From Gemmataceae bacterium (lineage in GTDB: Bacteria; Planctomycetota; Planctomycetia; Gemmatales; HRBIN36): 64,000 nucleotides of DNA. Positions 26,801 through 35,957 of this stretch are shown here, piece after piece. Made by a program: the position numbers and the translations under genes. The notes under the pieces are model-generated. The model was not told where the DNA came from and did no database searches. It was given only the letters and a program-made list of their open reading frames with translations. The stretch covers positions 656,359 through 720,358 of the forward strand of contig PSKW01000001.1 in assembly GCA_040289265.1 (NCBI GenBank), read 5' to 3'. The stretch's first letter is position 1. The number at the start of each line of letters is the position of its first letter.

Positions 26801-27911
26801 CCCTGTCTTGTCGGACCCGCTCGGGAAGATCGGCGGGCGTGTCCAGCTCCCCACCCTCAGGCGGAGTCGGATCGGCCGGCCTGGCTTCTGTGGGTCGCGC
26901 AAAGCGCCGCGAAGGCTGATCCGGCGGCACAGGAATGCCACGCCTCCGGCCGCGCTCGCTCATCTGTTGGATATCGGGATAATTGATGCGGGCGATCACG
27001 GGCACGCCCCGCGCCTGCAACAGATCTGCCACGCGCCATGCCTCTTCTGCTCCGAATAAAATCGGCCGCAGGTCGAACTCTTCGCACAGATCCAACGCGC
27101 GATAGATACTGTCCCGATTGTCCACTTCGAAGACCACGGGTAGCTCACGGCGTAGCGCAGGCAACAACGCCGCCAATGCAGGGTCCAAGGGCGGCCTGAG
27201 CTGAACCGGATTTTTGCGGTGATGCTCCAACACAGCGGCATAGTGCTGCGCATCCAAAAGTGTCTGCCGAAAATGTGCCACCATGCCCATGAGGGTAGCA
27301 GGGTAACCCGGTCCGGCCACGCGGAAGCTCACGTGCAGAGCGGCAGGCGATCGCAGCACTGCCCGCCGCGGCACAGCCCCGCTCATTGCCACCAGAGCGC
27401 TCTGGCCGGCGAAAATGCCTCCCTCGGGCGCCGCCAAGCGCAGGCAGATCCCCTGGCGGCGCCAGGCTTCGGCACGTTCCTCGTCACTGGTCAATGCCGT
27501 GGCAACTTCGAATTCCGGCGTCACGCCTTTGCAATTGTCCGGTTTGGTAGCCGCCAGAGCCTCGGCAGCCAGATCCACAGGTTCGGGCGCCCCGCCCTCG
27601 GAGCGCCGCAAAGCCAGGTCCACACCCCAAAAGCTCGCCGCATCCATAAATCCGGCATAGGCATACAGACCCTTGCACGCTATTTCCACCGCTCCGGGCG
27701 GGACGGCCACGTCTTTGCCTATCGCTTCGATCTTGCCGTCACGTACCACGATCGTCATGTCTGGCACGAGCTGGCCAGGACGAGGTACCACGGCACATCC
27801 ACGCAGTACATAGGCGCGCGGCACCAGTCCCGGCGTCTGCGCCCATACCGGACCTCCGTGCCATAGCACTGCCCAACAAAAGCTCACCGCCATGAGCAAG
27901 CGCTTATCCAT
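23829..27911 (-). CDS. Three-module amidohydrolase-superfamily protein with a signal peptide
   Basis: I prefer the start at M24 (MDKRLLMAVSFCWAVLWHGGPVWAQ). The middle module carries the metal-binding HxH (PGIIDTHSHFAIAGG). The equivalent positions read GFMDAASFWG in module 1 and PGMIDAGTVIG in module 3. Confidence 0.85.
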   Translation of the reverse strand: MDKRLLMAVSFCWAVLWHGGPVWAQTPGLVPRAYVLRGCAVVPRPGQLVPDMTIVVRDGKIEAIGKDVAVPPGAVEIACKGLYAYAGFMDAASFWGVDLALRRSEGGAPEPVDLAAEALAATKPDNCKGVTPEFEVATALTSDEERAEAWRRQGICLRLAAPEGGIFAGQSALVAMSGAVPRRAVLRSPAALHVSFRVAGPGYPATLMGMVAHFRQTLLDAQHYAAVLEHHRKNPVQLRPPLDPALAALLPALRRELPVVFEVDNRDSIYRALDLCEEFDLRPILFGAEEAWRVADLLQARGVPVIARINYPDIQQMSERGRRRGIPVPPDQPSRRFARPTEARPADPTPPEGGELDTPADLPERVRQDRERRRNEHIRNLAVLLQKGVRCAVSGADLDRPEKFLGNLRLALHQGLSAEQALAALTVHPASLWASGVWSGELASGQPAHVVLFTAPWQEANARVRYLIADGVLFDYESPATAQQSPQATSQPPGTRSPDQPQGAKKAVPPEAAKQKEKTHETAVVPVELDEDRRPQRRTGGNVLLRGATIVSVTNGSFKGDLLVRQGKIAHIASSIAPPAGVTVIPLEGYFVMPGIIDTHSHFAIAGGVNEFTLSIVPEVRVRDVIHSEDVQIYRALAGGVTTVRLLHGSANVIGGQDAVIKLKYGEPAKNLLVADAPRGVKFALGENVKRTDGRFPNTRLGVEAVLVRAFVEAQAYRRAWQAYEAARKQGRDVLAPRRDLRLEALADVLDQQLHIHCHCYRADEILMLLQVAERFGIRVRSLQHVLEGYKIAPEIARHGASCSPFSDWWAYKIEAYDAIPYNVALLQEAGVSVCLKSDSNELVRHMYQEAAKMLKYGGLDETEALKTITLNGAKQLGLDHRLGSIEPGKDADLAVFDGHPLNAYARCVMTLVDGEIYFDRLDRSPPRPVAASMPAQPRHKGVPVLAIARNPKRLYAIKNAHIHPVSAPDIPRGTLVIERGIVRAMGKEVPIPEGATVVDARGLHVYPGMIDAGTVIGLTELGSARETQDFAELGDFQPDLRAAAGINPDSELIPVTRANGVLAVVTRPTGGTVAGQSALIHLHGWIPTDMVVVDPLALHVEFPSVAPIVTGDPTLPAVGRAIARRQRDARIKKLRELFRLAQAYATARQKAPLDLPLDPRLEALLPYARAEKPVIVQANRRQDILEALKLADELGWRMILSGGLDAWKVVAELKKRKVPVILGPVMILPVENWDPYDAPFTCAAHLYEAGVPFCIRSAGGSNTRNLPYEAAMAVSYGLPPEEGLKAVTLYPAQILGVADRLGSLEPGKIANFFLCDGDPLQAYTQVYALFIKGEPLEPTSKHTRLFERYRQRLEEVKKQ

Positions 27912-27966
27912 TGCCTTTCTCCCCTGCACAATTCGAACGATTGCAGTACGTTTCCTCCACCTACAA

Positions 27967-27991
27967 CAAAAAAGCCGCACGATATGTGCGG
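27967..27991 (-). terminator. Intrinsic terminator-like hairpin between argC and the amidohydrolase gene
   Basis: The minus strand reads CCGCAC-atatc-GTGCGG followed by CTTTTTTG. Confidence 0.5.
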
Positions 27992-28237
27992 AAAACGTCG
28001 AGCGTTTATCTTAAGTTCTTGGTGCTCCGCGTGCAAATTAAAACCAGCCCAAGGCGGAACAAAACCGATTCCGAGACGGGTGCGTTCGCGTCACAACGCA
28101 TCGGGATCCGCCGCGCGCCGGCCGATGGTACTCTGCCATTCTCTGGGCGCAGCTGACTTGCATCCCTGCTGCAGGGCATCCGACATGCGCGCCAACGCAA
28201 TTGGCGCCGCGCGTGCTTTGTGAACTACAGACCCGGG

Positions 28238-29263
28238 CTAAAGCAATCCTGCAGTCTCCGGAAAACCGTACATGATGTTGAAGTTTTGCACGGCTACCCC
28301 GCTGGCACCTCGGAGCAAATTGTCCAAGCAGGACAACACCACCAGCCGATCGCGCACGATGTGGACGCTGATGTCGCAAAAATTCGTTCCAACGACGTCC
28401 TTCGTAGCCGGCGGGTGTGGCACCACGCGCACAAACGGATTGCGCGCGTAGTACTCCCGATACAGGTCGCGCACCCGTTCCACCGACACCGGCCGGCGCG
28501 GAACAGCGTAAATCGTGGACAGGATGCCACGGTTCATCGGTACCAGATGAGGGGTAAACAGTACCTGCACGGGATCCCCGGAAAGATCGGTCAGGGTCTG
28601 CTCGATCTCGGGCGTGTGACGATGTGCTCCCACGTTGTAGGCGCTGACACTCTCGTTGCATTCCGGAAAATGCGTGCTCAGCTTGGGCGTGCGCCCCGCA
28701 CCTGAAATGCCACTTTTGCTGTCTACGATGATTGCCGACGTATCTATCAGCCCGCCGGCGACGACCGGTATCAGGCCCAACACAGCACTCTGGGGATAGC
28801 ACCCGGGATTGGCCACCAAAGGTGCGGCGGCTATCTCTTCGCGGTACATCTCCGGCAAGCCGTAAACTGCCTGTGCGAGGTGAGCCAAATCGCTATGGCT
28901 TTCGCCGTACCATTGGGCATAGACATTGGGGTCGCGCAAGCGATAGTCGGCACTCAGGTCTATGACCCGCATGCCGCGATCGAGAAGCTCTGGGACAGTG
29001 TGCATGCTGACCCCATGAGGCAAGCAGCTGAAAACGCACTGCGTCCCTTTCGTCGCCAGTCGCGGCGCCGCCAGGAGCTCGCATGGCATGTCCAAAAGGC
29101 CGCGCAGCGATGGGTGCAAATCGGCCACATGGGGCATCTTTGCGCCCATCTCTTGTCGAGTGGTCAGCGCCACGATCTCCGCATGCGGATGCCGCAGCAA
29201 AATCTTGATCAGCTCCAGTGCCGTATATCCTGATGCCCCGAGGATAGCGACCTTGATCTTCAT
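28238..29263 (-). CDS. argC: N-acetyl-gamma-glutamyl-phosphate reductase
   Basis: The N-terminus reads MKIKVAILGASGYTALELIKIL. The active-site region ANPGCYPQS is present. At 341 aa the size is typical. Confidence 0.95.
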   Translation of the reverse strand: MKIKVAILGASGYTALELIKILLRHPHAEIVALTTRQEMGAKMPHVADLHPSLRGLLDMPCELLAAPRLATKGTQCVFSCLPHGVSMHTVPELLDRGMRVIDLSADYRLRDPNVYAQWYGESHSDLAHLAQAVYGLPEMYREEIAAAPLVANPGCYPQSAVLGLIPVVAGGLIDTSAIIVDSKSGISGAGRTPKLSTHFPECNESVSAYNVGAHRHTPEIEQTLTDLSGDPVQVLFTPHLVPMNRGILSTIYAVPRRPVSVERVRDLYREYYARNPFVRVVPHPPATKDVVGTNFCDISVHIVRDRLVVLSCLDNLLRGASGVAVQNFNIMYGFPETAGLL

Positions 29264-29314
29264 CGTTGTGCCCGACGCTTACGACCTTTCGAAAACCGCG
29301 GACCGCTGCCGCCG

Positions 29315-30202
29315 TCAGCCGCGCGCCAATTCTGCCCAGAGTGCTTTATAATAGCGCAGCAAGCGCTCGCCGGAGTCGGGATCGGGCATACCAGGAATTT
29401 CCGCCAGGGTCACGCGATCGTAGTGCATGTCGCGCAGCAGTCGAAATAACTCGCGCCAGGGATAAGGCCTGTACAGCTCGTTGATATGGCAAGAGCGAAT
29501 CCACGGACGGAGCATGGCAAAACCGGCTGCTAAAGAGCCGTTTATGAGATCGGTATCGTTGGAATTCCAAGTGATACCCACATGGCTATGGTGGCAGTGT
29601 TCCATGATCGTTTTCATATTGTGCGGCAAAGCGGTGCCGGCACCGTGAACTTCTACCCAGATCTCGACACCTGCTTGCTCGGCGGCCTGCCCGCATTCTC
29701 GGAGAGCCCGTCCGATTTGCGCCAGTGTCTTTTCTGCCGGCACCTCGCGTGGCAAGCCGTTGGGCCTGACTTTGACCCCCTTGGCCCCTGTATCCGCTGC
29801 CAACTGCACGAAGCGCTTGCACAGTTCTATGTTGCGCCGGACTTCCGCAGGATCAGGCGCGTGAAATTCACAGACTGTGCCGTAGCCCCACAGGACCACG
29901 CCGGCGTCGGCAAATGCCTGTCGGACCTCGCGTCGGCGCGCTGCCGAGATGTCTGGCTCTACACCGTGCTTGTGGGTCGTGCGCAACTCGACGGCATACA
30001 GCCCTACCGCCCGGCATACTTTCAAGATCGTGCTCAGGTCCCAACGGGCGGCGATGTTATACGTCACGATGCCCAATCGGAACGGAGGCGGATTGGCTTC
30101 TTGGTGGACGTGTAGTCCCGCGGCGTCCGAAATGGCTGAACCTGCTGCCAGTCCCCCAGCTGTCGCCAAAAACTGTCGTCGAGTCGTCCCAGTCGCCGTC
30201 AT
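29315..30202 (-). CDS. Tat-signal xylose isomerase-like TIM-barrel protein (sugar phosphate isomerase/epimerase family)
   Basis: I prefer the start at MTATGTTRRQFLATAGGLAAGSA, which is a twin-arginine motif with a GGAG SD upstream. The pattern is typical of the AP-endonuclease-2/xylose-isomerase fold (VELRTTHKHGV, and VEIWVEVHG). Confidence 0.8.
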   Translation of the reverse strand: MTATGTTRRQFLATAGGLAAGSAISDAAGLHVHQEANPPPFRLGIVTYNIAARWDLSTILKVCRAVGLYAVELRTTHKHGVEPDISAARRREVRQAFADAGVVLWGYGTVCEFHAPDPAEVRRNIELCKRFVQLAADTGAKGVKVRPNGLPREVPAEKTLAQIGRALRECGQAAEQAGVEIWVEVHGAGTALPHNMKTIMEHCHHSHVGITWNSNDTDLINGSLAAGFAMLRPWIRSCHINELYRPYPWRELFRLLRDMHYDRVTLAEIPGMPDPDSGERLLRYYKALWAELARG

Positions 30203-30439
30203 CTGATTTCTCCTGCTTTGCAGGCGCCTCGGTTCCCTAGCGCTGCACCATGCTCGCACCTTTTTAGCCCTGGCGGACGGTGCTTCGACGCCGCTCACTG
30301 AATTCCTCACCCCGCTCGGCCAGTCCCCACGGTGAATCAGCACCGGCTTGCCCATAGTTGCCCGGGTCATGTATGGGGAATAGTTTATCGAATGGCGGCT
30401 GGCTTGTGTCCCGTTGAACAGACCTCTGGAGACGCCGTT

Positions 30440-32173
30440 ATGTACGCAGCAGCCGTGACCTCGGTGGCATTTAGCTTGTGGCTCGGCTCCGGTCCCCTAC
30501 CCGGCGGCACGATCGCCTTTTCCTCCCTAGCACCCCGAGGCTGGGACATTTACCTCTGGGACCTAAAGAACGACTCGGTAGCTCGCGTGACCGACCATCC
30601 GGCTCTGGATTACAACGCCAATTGGTCTCCCGACGGTAACCGCGTGGCATTCGTTTCCGAGCGGGACGGCAACTTGGAGCTGTATCTGTTCGAATGGCCC
30701 GAAGGCAAACCCAAACGACTCACACACGCATTTGCCTTGGACGATCATCCTGCATGGTCTCCGGATGGAAGACAGCTGGTATTCAGCAGCACGCGCTGTC
30801 CCTCCACAGTACCCGGCCGCGGCTGGAATCAGCTTTTCATCCTCGATTTGGCTACTGGGGCGTGCCGCCGGCTCAGCGACGGTAGCGCGGCGGACTATTC
30901 GCCAGATTGGTCTCCGGACGGGCAGTGGATCGCTTTTGCTTCGGGCAGCGGGCGCGCCGGACACACCGACATCTTTGTGATGCGTCCTGACGGCACCGAC
31001 CGCAGGCTGGTGCTAAAAAACGGTGGGTGGCCCTCTTTTGCTCCCGACAGCCGTAGCCTTTACTTTCATAGCAATCGCGACGGCCTTTATCGCATTTGGC
31101 AGGTGCAGCTGGATGGCAGTCAATTGCGGCCCGCATCGCCCGAAGGCGTCGAAGCGTACACCCCGCGAGCGGCACGATCGCATCCTGCTGTCGCTTTTGC
31201 AGCCCAGCGAAACGGCCGCAGGCAGATCGCTGTTATGGACCTGCAAAATCGCAAAACGCGCTGGCTACCGCTTGCAAACGAAGACTGTTGGAATCCTTCT
31301 TTATCGCCGGACGGCGCACGAGTGCTGTTTCATAAGCGCAGCGCCGGCAGTGTAGAACCGGTCCTAGAGTACTGGTCGTCTCCTTTCCTGCGTGGCCCCC
31401 GCATGGCCCGAATAGCCGGGGCTTTTCCAGCTTTTTCTCCCGACGGCCGCCGTGTGGCCTTCAGCAGTGATGGATTTTCTAAGTTGACCGTAGCCGATTT
31501 GAAGACGCAGCGACAAAAGCACCTTTTCTCCGGCGAGCCGCGCTCCGTCTTCGCGATCTTCTGGGCCAAATCGGGGGACTGGCTGTCCTTCTCGCACGGC
31601 CGGGTGTTCGAGGGTCCTCGTAGCCGCGTGGACATCGAACGCATCCGGCCGGACGGCTCGGCTGTGGAAGCCTTGATCGCCGACCAAGGCAACTGCGCGT
31701 TTCCCGCCTTCTCTCCCGATGGAAAGTTCATCGTGTACCGTTCGGGGCAAGACGGCCACAAAAACCTTTATATCTTCGACTTGGCGAACCGCACCCGTCG
31801 GCGGCTCACGCACGGTCCGTGGACCGACACGATGTGCGATTGGTCGCCGACCAGCGCGTGGATCGTCTTCGCCAGCGATCGCGCAGGAGCGTTCGACCTC
31901 TATCTGCTCCGACCCGACGGTACCGGCTTGCGCAAACTCATCGGCGGCGGGGGGCGCAACAATCATCCCCATTTTTCACCCGATGGCAAGTGGGTCGTCT
32001 TCGCTAGCCAACGGGCGGGCTACTCCGCAGAAGAAGTGTCTCTGCCGTTTCAGTTTCAGCCGTACGGCGATATCTTCGCTGTTTCGCTCGATGGCAAACA
32101 ACTCTGGCGTCTTACGCACAATGGTTTCGAAGAAGGCACACCAGCTTGGGGCCCCGATGCCGGCGACCCGTGA
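30440..32173 (+). CDS. TolB-like / PD40 beta-propeller repeat protein
   Basis: PD40 units recur (WSPDGNRVAFVSERDGNLELY, WSPDGRQLVFSS, WSPDGQWIAFAS, and FSPDGKWVVFASQR). I prefer the start at 30440 (MYAAAVTSVAFSLWLG). Confidence 0.8.
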   Translation: MYAAAVTSVAFSLWLGSGPLPGGTIAFSSLAPRGWDIYLWDLKNDSVARVTDHPALDYNANWSPDGNRVAFVSERDGNLELYLFEWPEGKPKRLTHAFALDDHPAWSPDGRQLVFSSTRCPSTVPGRGWNQLFILDLATGACRRLSDGSAADYSPDWSPDGQWIAFASGSGRAGHTDIFVMRPDGTDRRLVLKNGGWPSFAPDSRSLYFHSNRDGLYRIWQVQLDGSQLRPASPEGVEAYTPRAARSHPAVAFAAQRNGRRQIAVMDLQNRKTRWLPLANEDCWNPSLSPDGARVLFHKRSAGSVEPVLEYWSSPFLRGPRMARIAGAFPAFSPDGRRVAFSSDGFSKLTVADLKTQRQKHLFSGEPRSVFAIFWAKSGDWLSFSHGRVFEGPRSRVDIERIRPDGSAVEALIADQGNCAFPAFSPDGKFIVYRSGQDGHKNLYIFDLANRTRRRLTHGPWTDTMCDWSPTSAWIVFASDRAGAFDLYLLRPDGTGLRKLIGGGGRNNHPHFSPDGKWVVFASQRAGYSAEEVSLPFQFQPYGDIFAVSLDGKQLWRLTHNGFEEGTPAWGPDAGDP

Positions 32174-32206
32174 TGGGCTGCCTTTTTCGGCGCTTGCGCC
32201 TTGCCA

Positions 32207-34765
32207 TCACTCGGGCCATGCCAACACTTCACTGACGCCGGACCGAGCCGGCCCTCGGTGCGTAAAGACGATGCGAATCCTGTCGGTAGCCACCGGGCGA
32301 AAAACGACCTGATTCCACACGCCACCCACAGGGATGGTAGGCGTCTTACGCTGTTCCTGAGCCGGCTGCCAGGCCCCCTGGTGCCATATCTCGACACGGT
32401 AATCCGCGGGCGCTTGCACGCCACCGCCATCATCGTAGATCGCCAGTTCCAACCGGCCTATTCTAGTGGATGCGCCCCAATCAATTTCCAGCCAATCCTC
32501 CCGGTTAGCCGACTGGAAGCTAGTCCAGCGATTGGGAGGCTGAGGCAAAAACTGCACCACTCCATCACAGGCCATTTGCGCGCGATCGTAAGGAGACGTG
32601 AAAGAAACCCTCACCGCCGGATGACCCGCCTTACGTGCCGACAGAGCAATAAGATCCTGAGGACGTTCTGCGTCCTCGATCTTTCCATCAGACGACCCCC
32701 ACACCTCTACTTCGGTCAGTCCTGTGTAGCTGCCTGGGGTGTGGGTGAACTGGATCCGCAGTTTTTGTGCTGTCAGCGGTCGGAATCGGGCACGGTTCGC
32801 CTGCCGGCCTATTGGCCGGCCGACCTCCCAGTGTACCGAGCGCAACGCTTCCCATCGGCCACCGATATACGCAGCAATTTCGACTTTCTCCGGAGCCCTA
32901 ACGACAGCGCCGTCATCGAGGATATACAGCGTGACCTCTTGCATGATCCGTTCCCGTCCAAAATCAATCTCGACCCAATCTTCTTTGTTCGGCGATCCAA
33001 CACAAGTCCAGCGATTGGGTGGGCTAGTATCGTACCAATAGTTTCCATCCACCAACCTATAGGGCGATTCGCCAGACCGCACATACGAAGCCGTGATTTT
33101 CGGATAATACGTGCCATCGTTATTTACCGCCCAATTCACTAGTTCGACATCCTCTTCACATCGCTCGCTCGCTTCGTTCTTCCGCGGCAATTTGATCCGC
33201 AATTCACCGAGGTCTCTCCTCGCGGCCACTAGTTTCCCGTCCACGATCACTGTCAGCCCCGGCCCAAACCCATAGCGATTACCGCCCTTGTCCCAGAATA
33301 TCCCGACAGTACTGCCTTTGTAAGGCACATAATCTAGCGCAAAGTAGTCCCAACTCACAGGGGCCAGCGGCGCAACGATCAGCGACTGATCCGGCTGCGG
33401 CAATAGTCCACACAGGCCTGTTATTACCAGATCTATGAAGCCCGAGTGAAAATAATGCTCACTATGATAATAACTGTCATGACCTTCCCACGATCCAGTG
33501 AATGGGTGGCACGCCTCTGCAATATAGGGACGACCGTTTTTCCTATGCGTCAACGCATACGTACGAAGCAATCGGTAATAGTCTTCTGGCGTCACAAACT
33601 GCTGGTCGTAATGGCGCAGTAAGTTGGCCATAGCCTGCAACGTTTGCGTAGTGGCATAAGGCCATGATTGGCCGCTCCAGTAGCAACAGGTTTTCGAGAG
33701 ATAAAAAAGCGGATCGCGTCGCTCCACGGTCGTGGGTCCAAAAGGTGCAGCGAAGTAGTTCTCGTCCATCAAGAATTTCCATGCTGCCTCGTATCCAAGG
33801 TCCGGCAGACGAAACTGCCACGGCACATAGCCGATCAGCTCTCTACCGTGCGGATTACCCGCGAATCGCCCCGTCCGATAGGTCCATGTCAACGCTTTGA
33901 CAGTGAATCCCTCGTGGCTCTCATCGCGTGCTGCCAAGTGGAAGAAAAACTCGCGTTGCGGATCCCAGAGTTTTTTCTGCACGTTCTCTTTCAAGCTTTT
34001 CGCCTTGGCACGAAATACGGAGGCAGTATCCACATCCCCCGCAAGTTCCGCTACACGGGCGATGGCCAACGCATCGGCATACATGTAGCTATTCAAAGTT
34101 GGCCGATAGCCAGGTGCCCCTCGCACCGGATCGCTCGTCTGCCGGCTGTTGATGTTCAATTCCATTCCATCGTCATGACCTGTTTGCCAAAACAACCCCA
34201 CTTCGGGATTGAATCGCTCCTTTTCCCACGCTCTGAAATTTGCGATCATATCCGGCAAGAGATTCCTCAACAGGTCTTCGCTCGGATGTACTAGGTGGAC
34301 AGCCCAAGCAGCATCCGCAAGCCAAGTGCTATAGCGCCGCGGTTGCGCGCCAGAAGTGCGGAACCAATACCTGATATAGTCACGGGCGTAACGAGGGTTC
34401 CTTGCCCACCTCACCTCATAAAGCTGGTGTCCTGCTGGACAACTGATGGCACCGTACCTACCGGACCAAAAGGGACGATCAATGAATTCGGTAAAAACGT
34501 ATCCCGTACGCGGTGAGCCATAGGTCGCATGCCGCGTGATCAACTCCCACCGGTAGTAATAGGTCGTAGTAATCCCGCTGTCTGGACACTCGAAAAAGGG
34601 AATATTGTCCTTGTACCACTGCCAGTCGCGATTCGTCCAGAAGGTTTCAGCCGAAAGGAGCCGATCACGATCCAATTTCCGAACCTCTGGAGTCATTACG
34701 GCGCACAATAACAGGAAACACAGATGCATGTTGTGGATGGTATGCATTGGGGGCCCCCAGTACAT
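32207..34765 (-). CDS. (alpha/alpha)6-type glycoside hydrolase (GH63/MGH1-like) with two C-terminal discoidin (F5/8 type C) domains
   Basis: The catalytic-region pattern (FGPTTVERRDPLF...CCYWSGQSWPYATTQTL) is present. There are two discoidin-like modules (NRWTCVGSPNKEDWVEIDFG, and NRWTSFQSANREDWLEIDWG). The exact start is uncertain (M1, M7 or M13). Confidence 0.7.
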   Translation of the reverse strand: MYWGPPMHTIHNMHLCFLLLCAVMTPEVRKLDRDRLLSAETFWTNRDWQWYKDNIPFFECPDSGITTTYYYRWELITRHATYGSPRTGYVFTEFIDRPFWSGRYGAISCPAGHQLYEVRWARNPRYARDYIRYWFRTSGAQPRRYSTWLADAAWAVHLVHPSEDLLRNLLPDMIANFRAWEKERFNPEVGLFWQTGHDDGMELNINSRQTSDPVRGAPGYRPTLNSYMYADALAIARVAELAGDVDTASVFRAKAKSLKENVQKKLWDPQREFFFHLAARDESHEGFTVKALTWTYRTGRFAGNPHGRELIGYVPWQFRLPDLGYEAAWKFLMDENYFAAPFGPTTVERRDPLFYLSKTCCYWSGQSWPYATTQTLQAMANLLRHYDQQFVTPEDYYRLLRTYALTHRKNGRPYIAEACHPFTGSWEGHDSYYHSEHYFHSGFIDLVITGLCGLLPQPDQSLIVAPLAPVSWDYFALDYVPYKGSTVGIFWDKGGNRYGFGPGLTVIVDGKLVAARRDLGELRIKLPRKNEASERCEEDVELVNWAVNNDGTYYPKITASYVRSGESPYRLVDGNYWYDTSPPNRWTCVGSPNKEDWVEIDFGRERIMQEVTLYILDDGAVVRAPEKVEIAAYIGGRWEALRSVHWEVGRPIGRQANRARFRPLTAQKLRIQFTHTPGSYTGLTEVEVWGSSDGKIEDAERPQDLIALSARKAGHPAVRVSFTSPYDRAQMACDGVVQFLPQPPNRWTSFQSANREDWLEIDWGASTRIGRLELAIYDDGGGVQAPADYRVEIWHQGAWQPAQEQRKTPTIPVGGVWNQVVFRPVATDRIRIVFTHRGPARSGVSEVLAWPE

Positions 34766-34966
34766 GCTTTGCCACGCCTTTCGGCGGCGGTTGCCACAAT
34801 TTTCGAAGGTCCAATATTGCCACTGGTCTGGACTGCACTACTACAATCCGGCGGAAAACAACTCCATCCCTTTACCGAGAAAACATCCTCTCATACATGT
34901 TATTGATAGCGGCGGGAAGGCCAATAGAGAGGTTTGTGACAGAACTTTGCCTAGCGAGGGCAGACG

Positions 34967-35872
34967 GTGTCAATCGCTGTATTCCCATTGCGTCCACTCA
35001 TGGGTCTTGGTCTGGTCAACCTTTTCGGCCTTGCACTGTTGGCAGGCGAAGCGCCGTCGCTAGCCCCAACGGTGCCGCAAGTTCAGTCCATAGACGACAA
35101 CCTGCGCAAGTCTTTCCAGCTGGCGCCTTTTTACGCCAAATGTCTCGTGATCGAATCTTTTCCTATCGTGGCATCGGAGAAAGTTTCCGATTATGCTTTG
35201 CTCGAAGCGGGCTACATCATCCACAGCATGCTCGGGAAGCGGACCGATCTGCTCCACATACTCGCGCGCCGGAGTGTCCGGTGCGCGGTCATGGCATATT
35301 CCGAGATAACCACGGACATACCGGAGCATAGCGACCTGCGGCCAAAAGACTATTGGGATCGGCGGGCACGTGGACTGGGAGCCACACCGATACGCCCCGC
35401 CGTCACCTGCGGCGAGGAAAACTTGCTCGAATATCCGGGCGATCCCTATCGCGGCGAGAACATTTTGGTACACGAATTCGCTCATGCCGTACACGAAATG
35501 GCTCTGCGCACCGAAGATCCATCGTTCGAGCGGCGTCTGCGCGAATGTTATGCTCTGGCTATGCGCGAAGGGCTTTGGAAAGATACCTATGCTGCCAGCA
35601 ATCACAAGGAATATTGGGCAGAAGGGGTACAAAGCTGGTTCGACTGCAACCGCAGCAAGGATCGGCAACACAATGGCATCGCCCTTCGAGAGGAATTGCA
35701 AAAATACGACCCGCGACTGGCGCAGCTTGTCGCCGAGGTGTTTCGATCCAATGGCTGGCGCTACAGACCGCCCAGCCGACGATCCCACCCGGGTCATCTT
35801 GCAGGCCTGGACCGGAATCGGTTGCCTACCTTTTCCTGGCCACAGCGCCTGCGAAAACTGCCGGAGAGGTAA
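34967..35872 (+). CDS. Secreted zincin-like protein (HExxH)
   Basis: It has a signal-like N-terminus, the motif NILVHEFAHAVHEM, and a downstream EYWAEG. An alternative ATG start lies at 35000. Confidence 0.6.
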   Translation: MSIAVFPLRPLMGLGLVNLFGLALLAGEAPSLAPTVPQVQSIDDNLRKSFQLAPFYAKCLVIESFPIVASEKVSDYALLEAGYIIHSMLGKRTDLLHILARRSVRCAVMAYSEITTDIPEHSDLRPKDYWDRRARGLGATPIRPAVTCGEENLLEYPGDPYRGENILVHEFAHAVHEMALRTEDPSFERRLRECYALAMREGLWKDTYAASNHKEYWAEGVQSWFDCNRSKDRQHNGIALREELQKYDPRLAQLVAEVFRSNGWRYRPPSRRSHPGHLAGLDRNRLPTFSWPQRLRKLPER

Positions 35873-35957
35873 TGAGCGCTCGCCAGGCGTGAATGCCTCG
35901 GGTGACAAGCACGGATGCCGTTACGTAGCGTTACTTAAGCTCAGGAGCATCGAGGTG

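Noticed and set aside
35370-35957. N-terminal 196 aa of the track ORF 35370..39245
   Set aside because: This part overlaps the HExxH protein gene in another frame and has junk composition. A signal peptide start with an SD lies at 35958.
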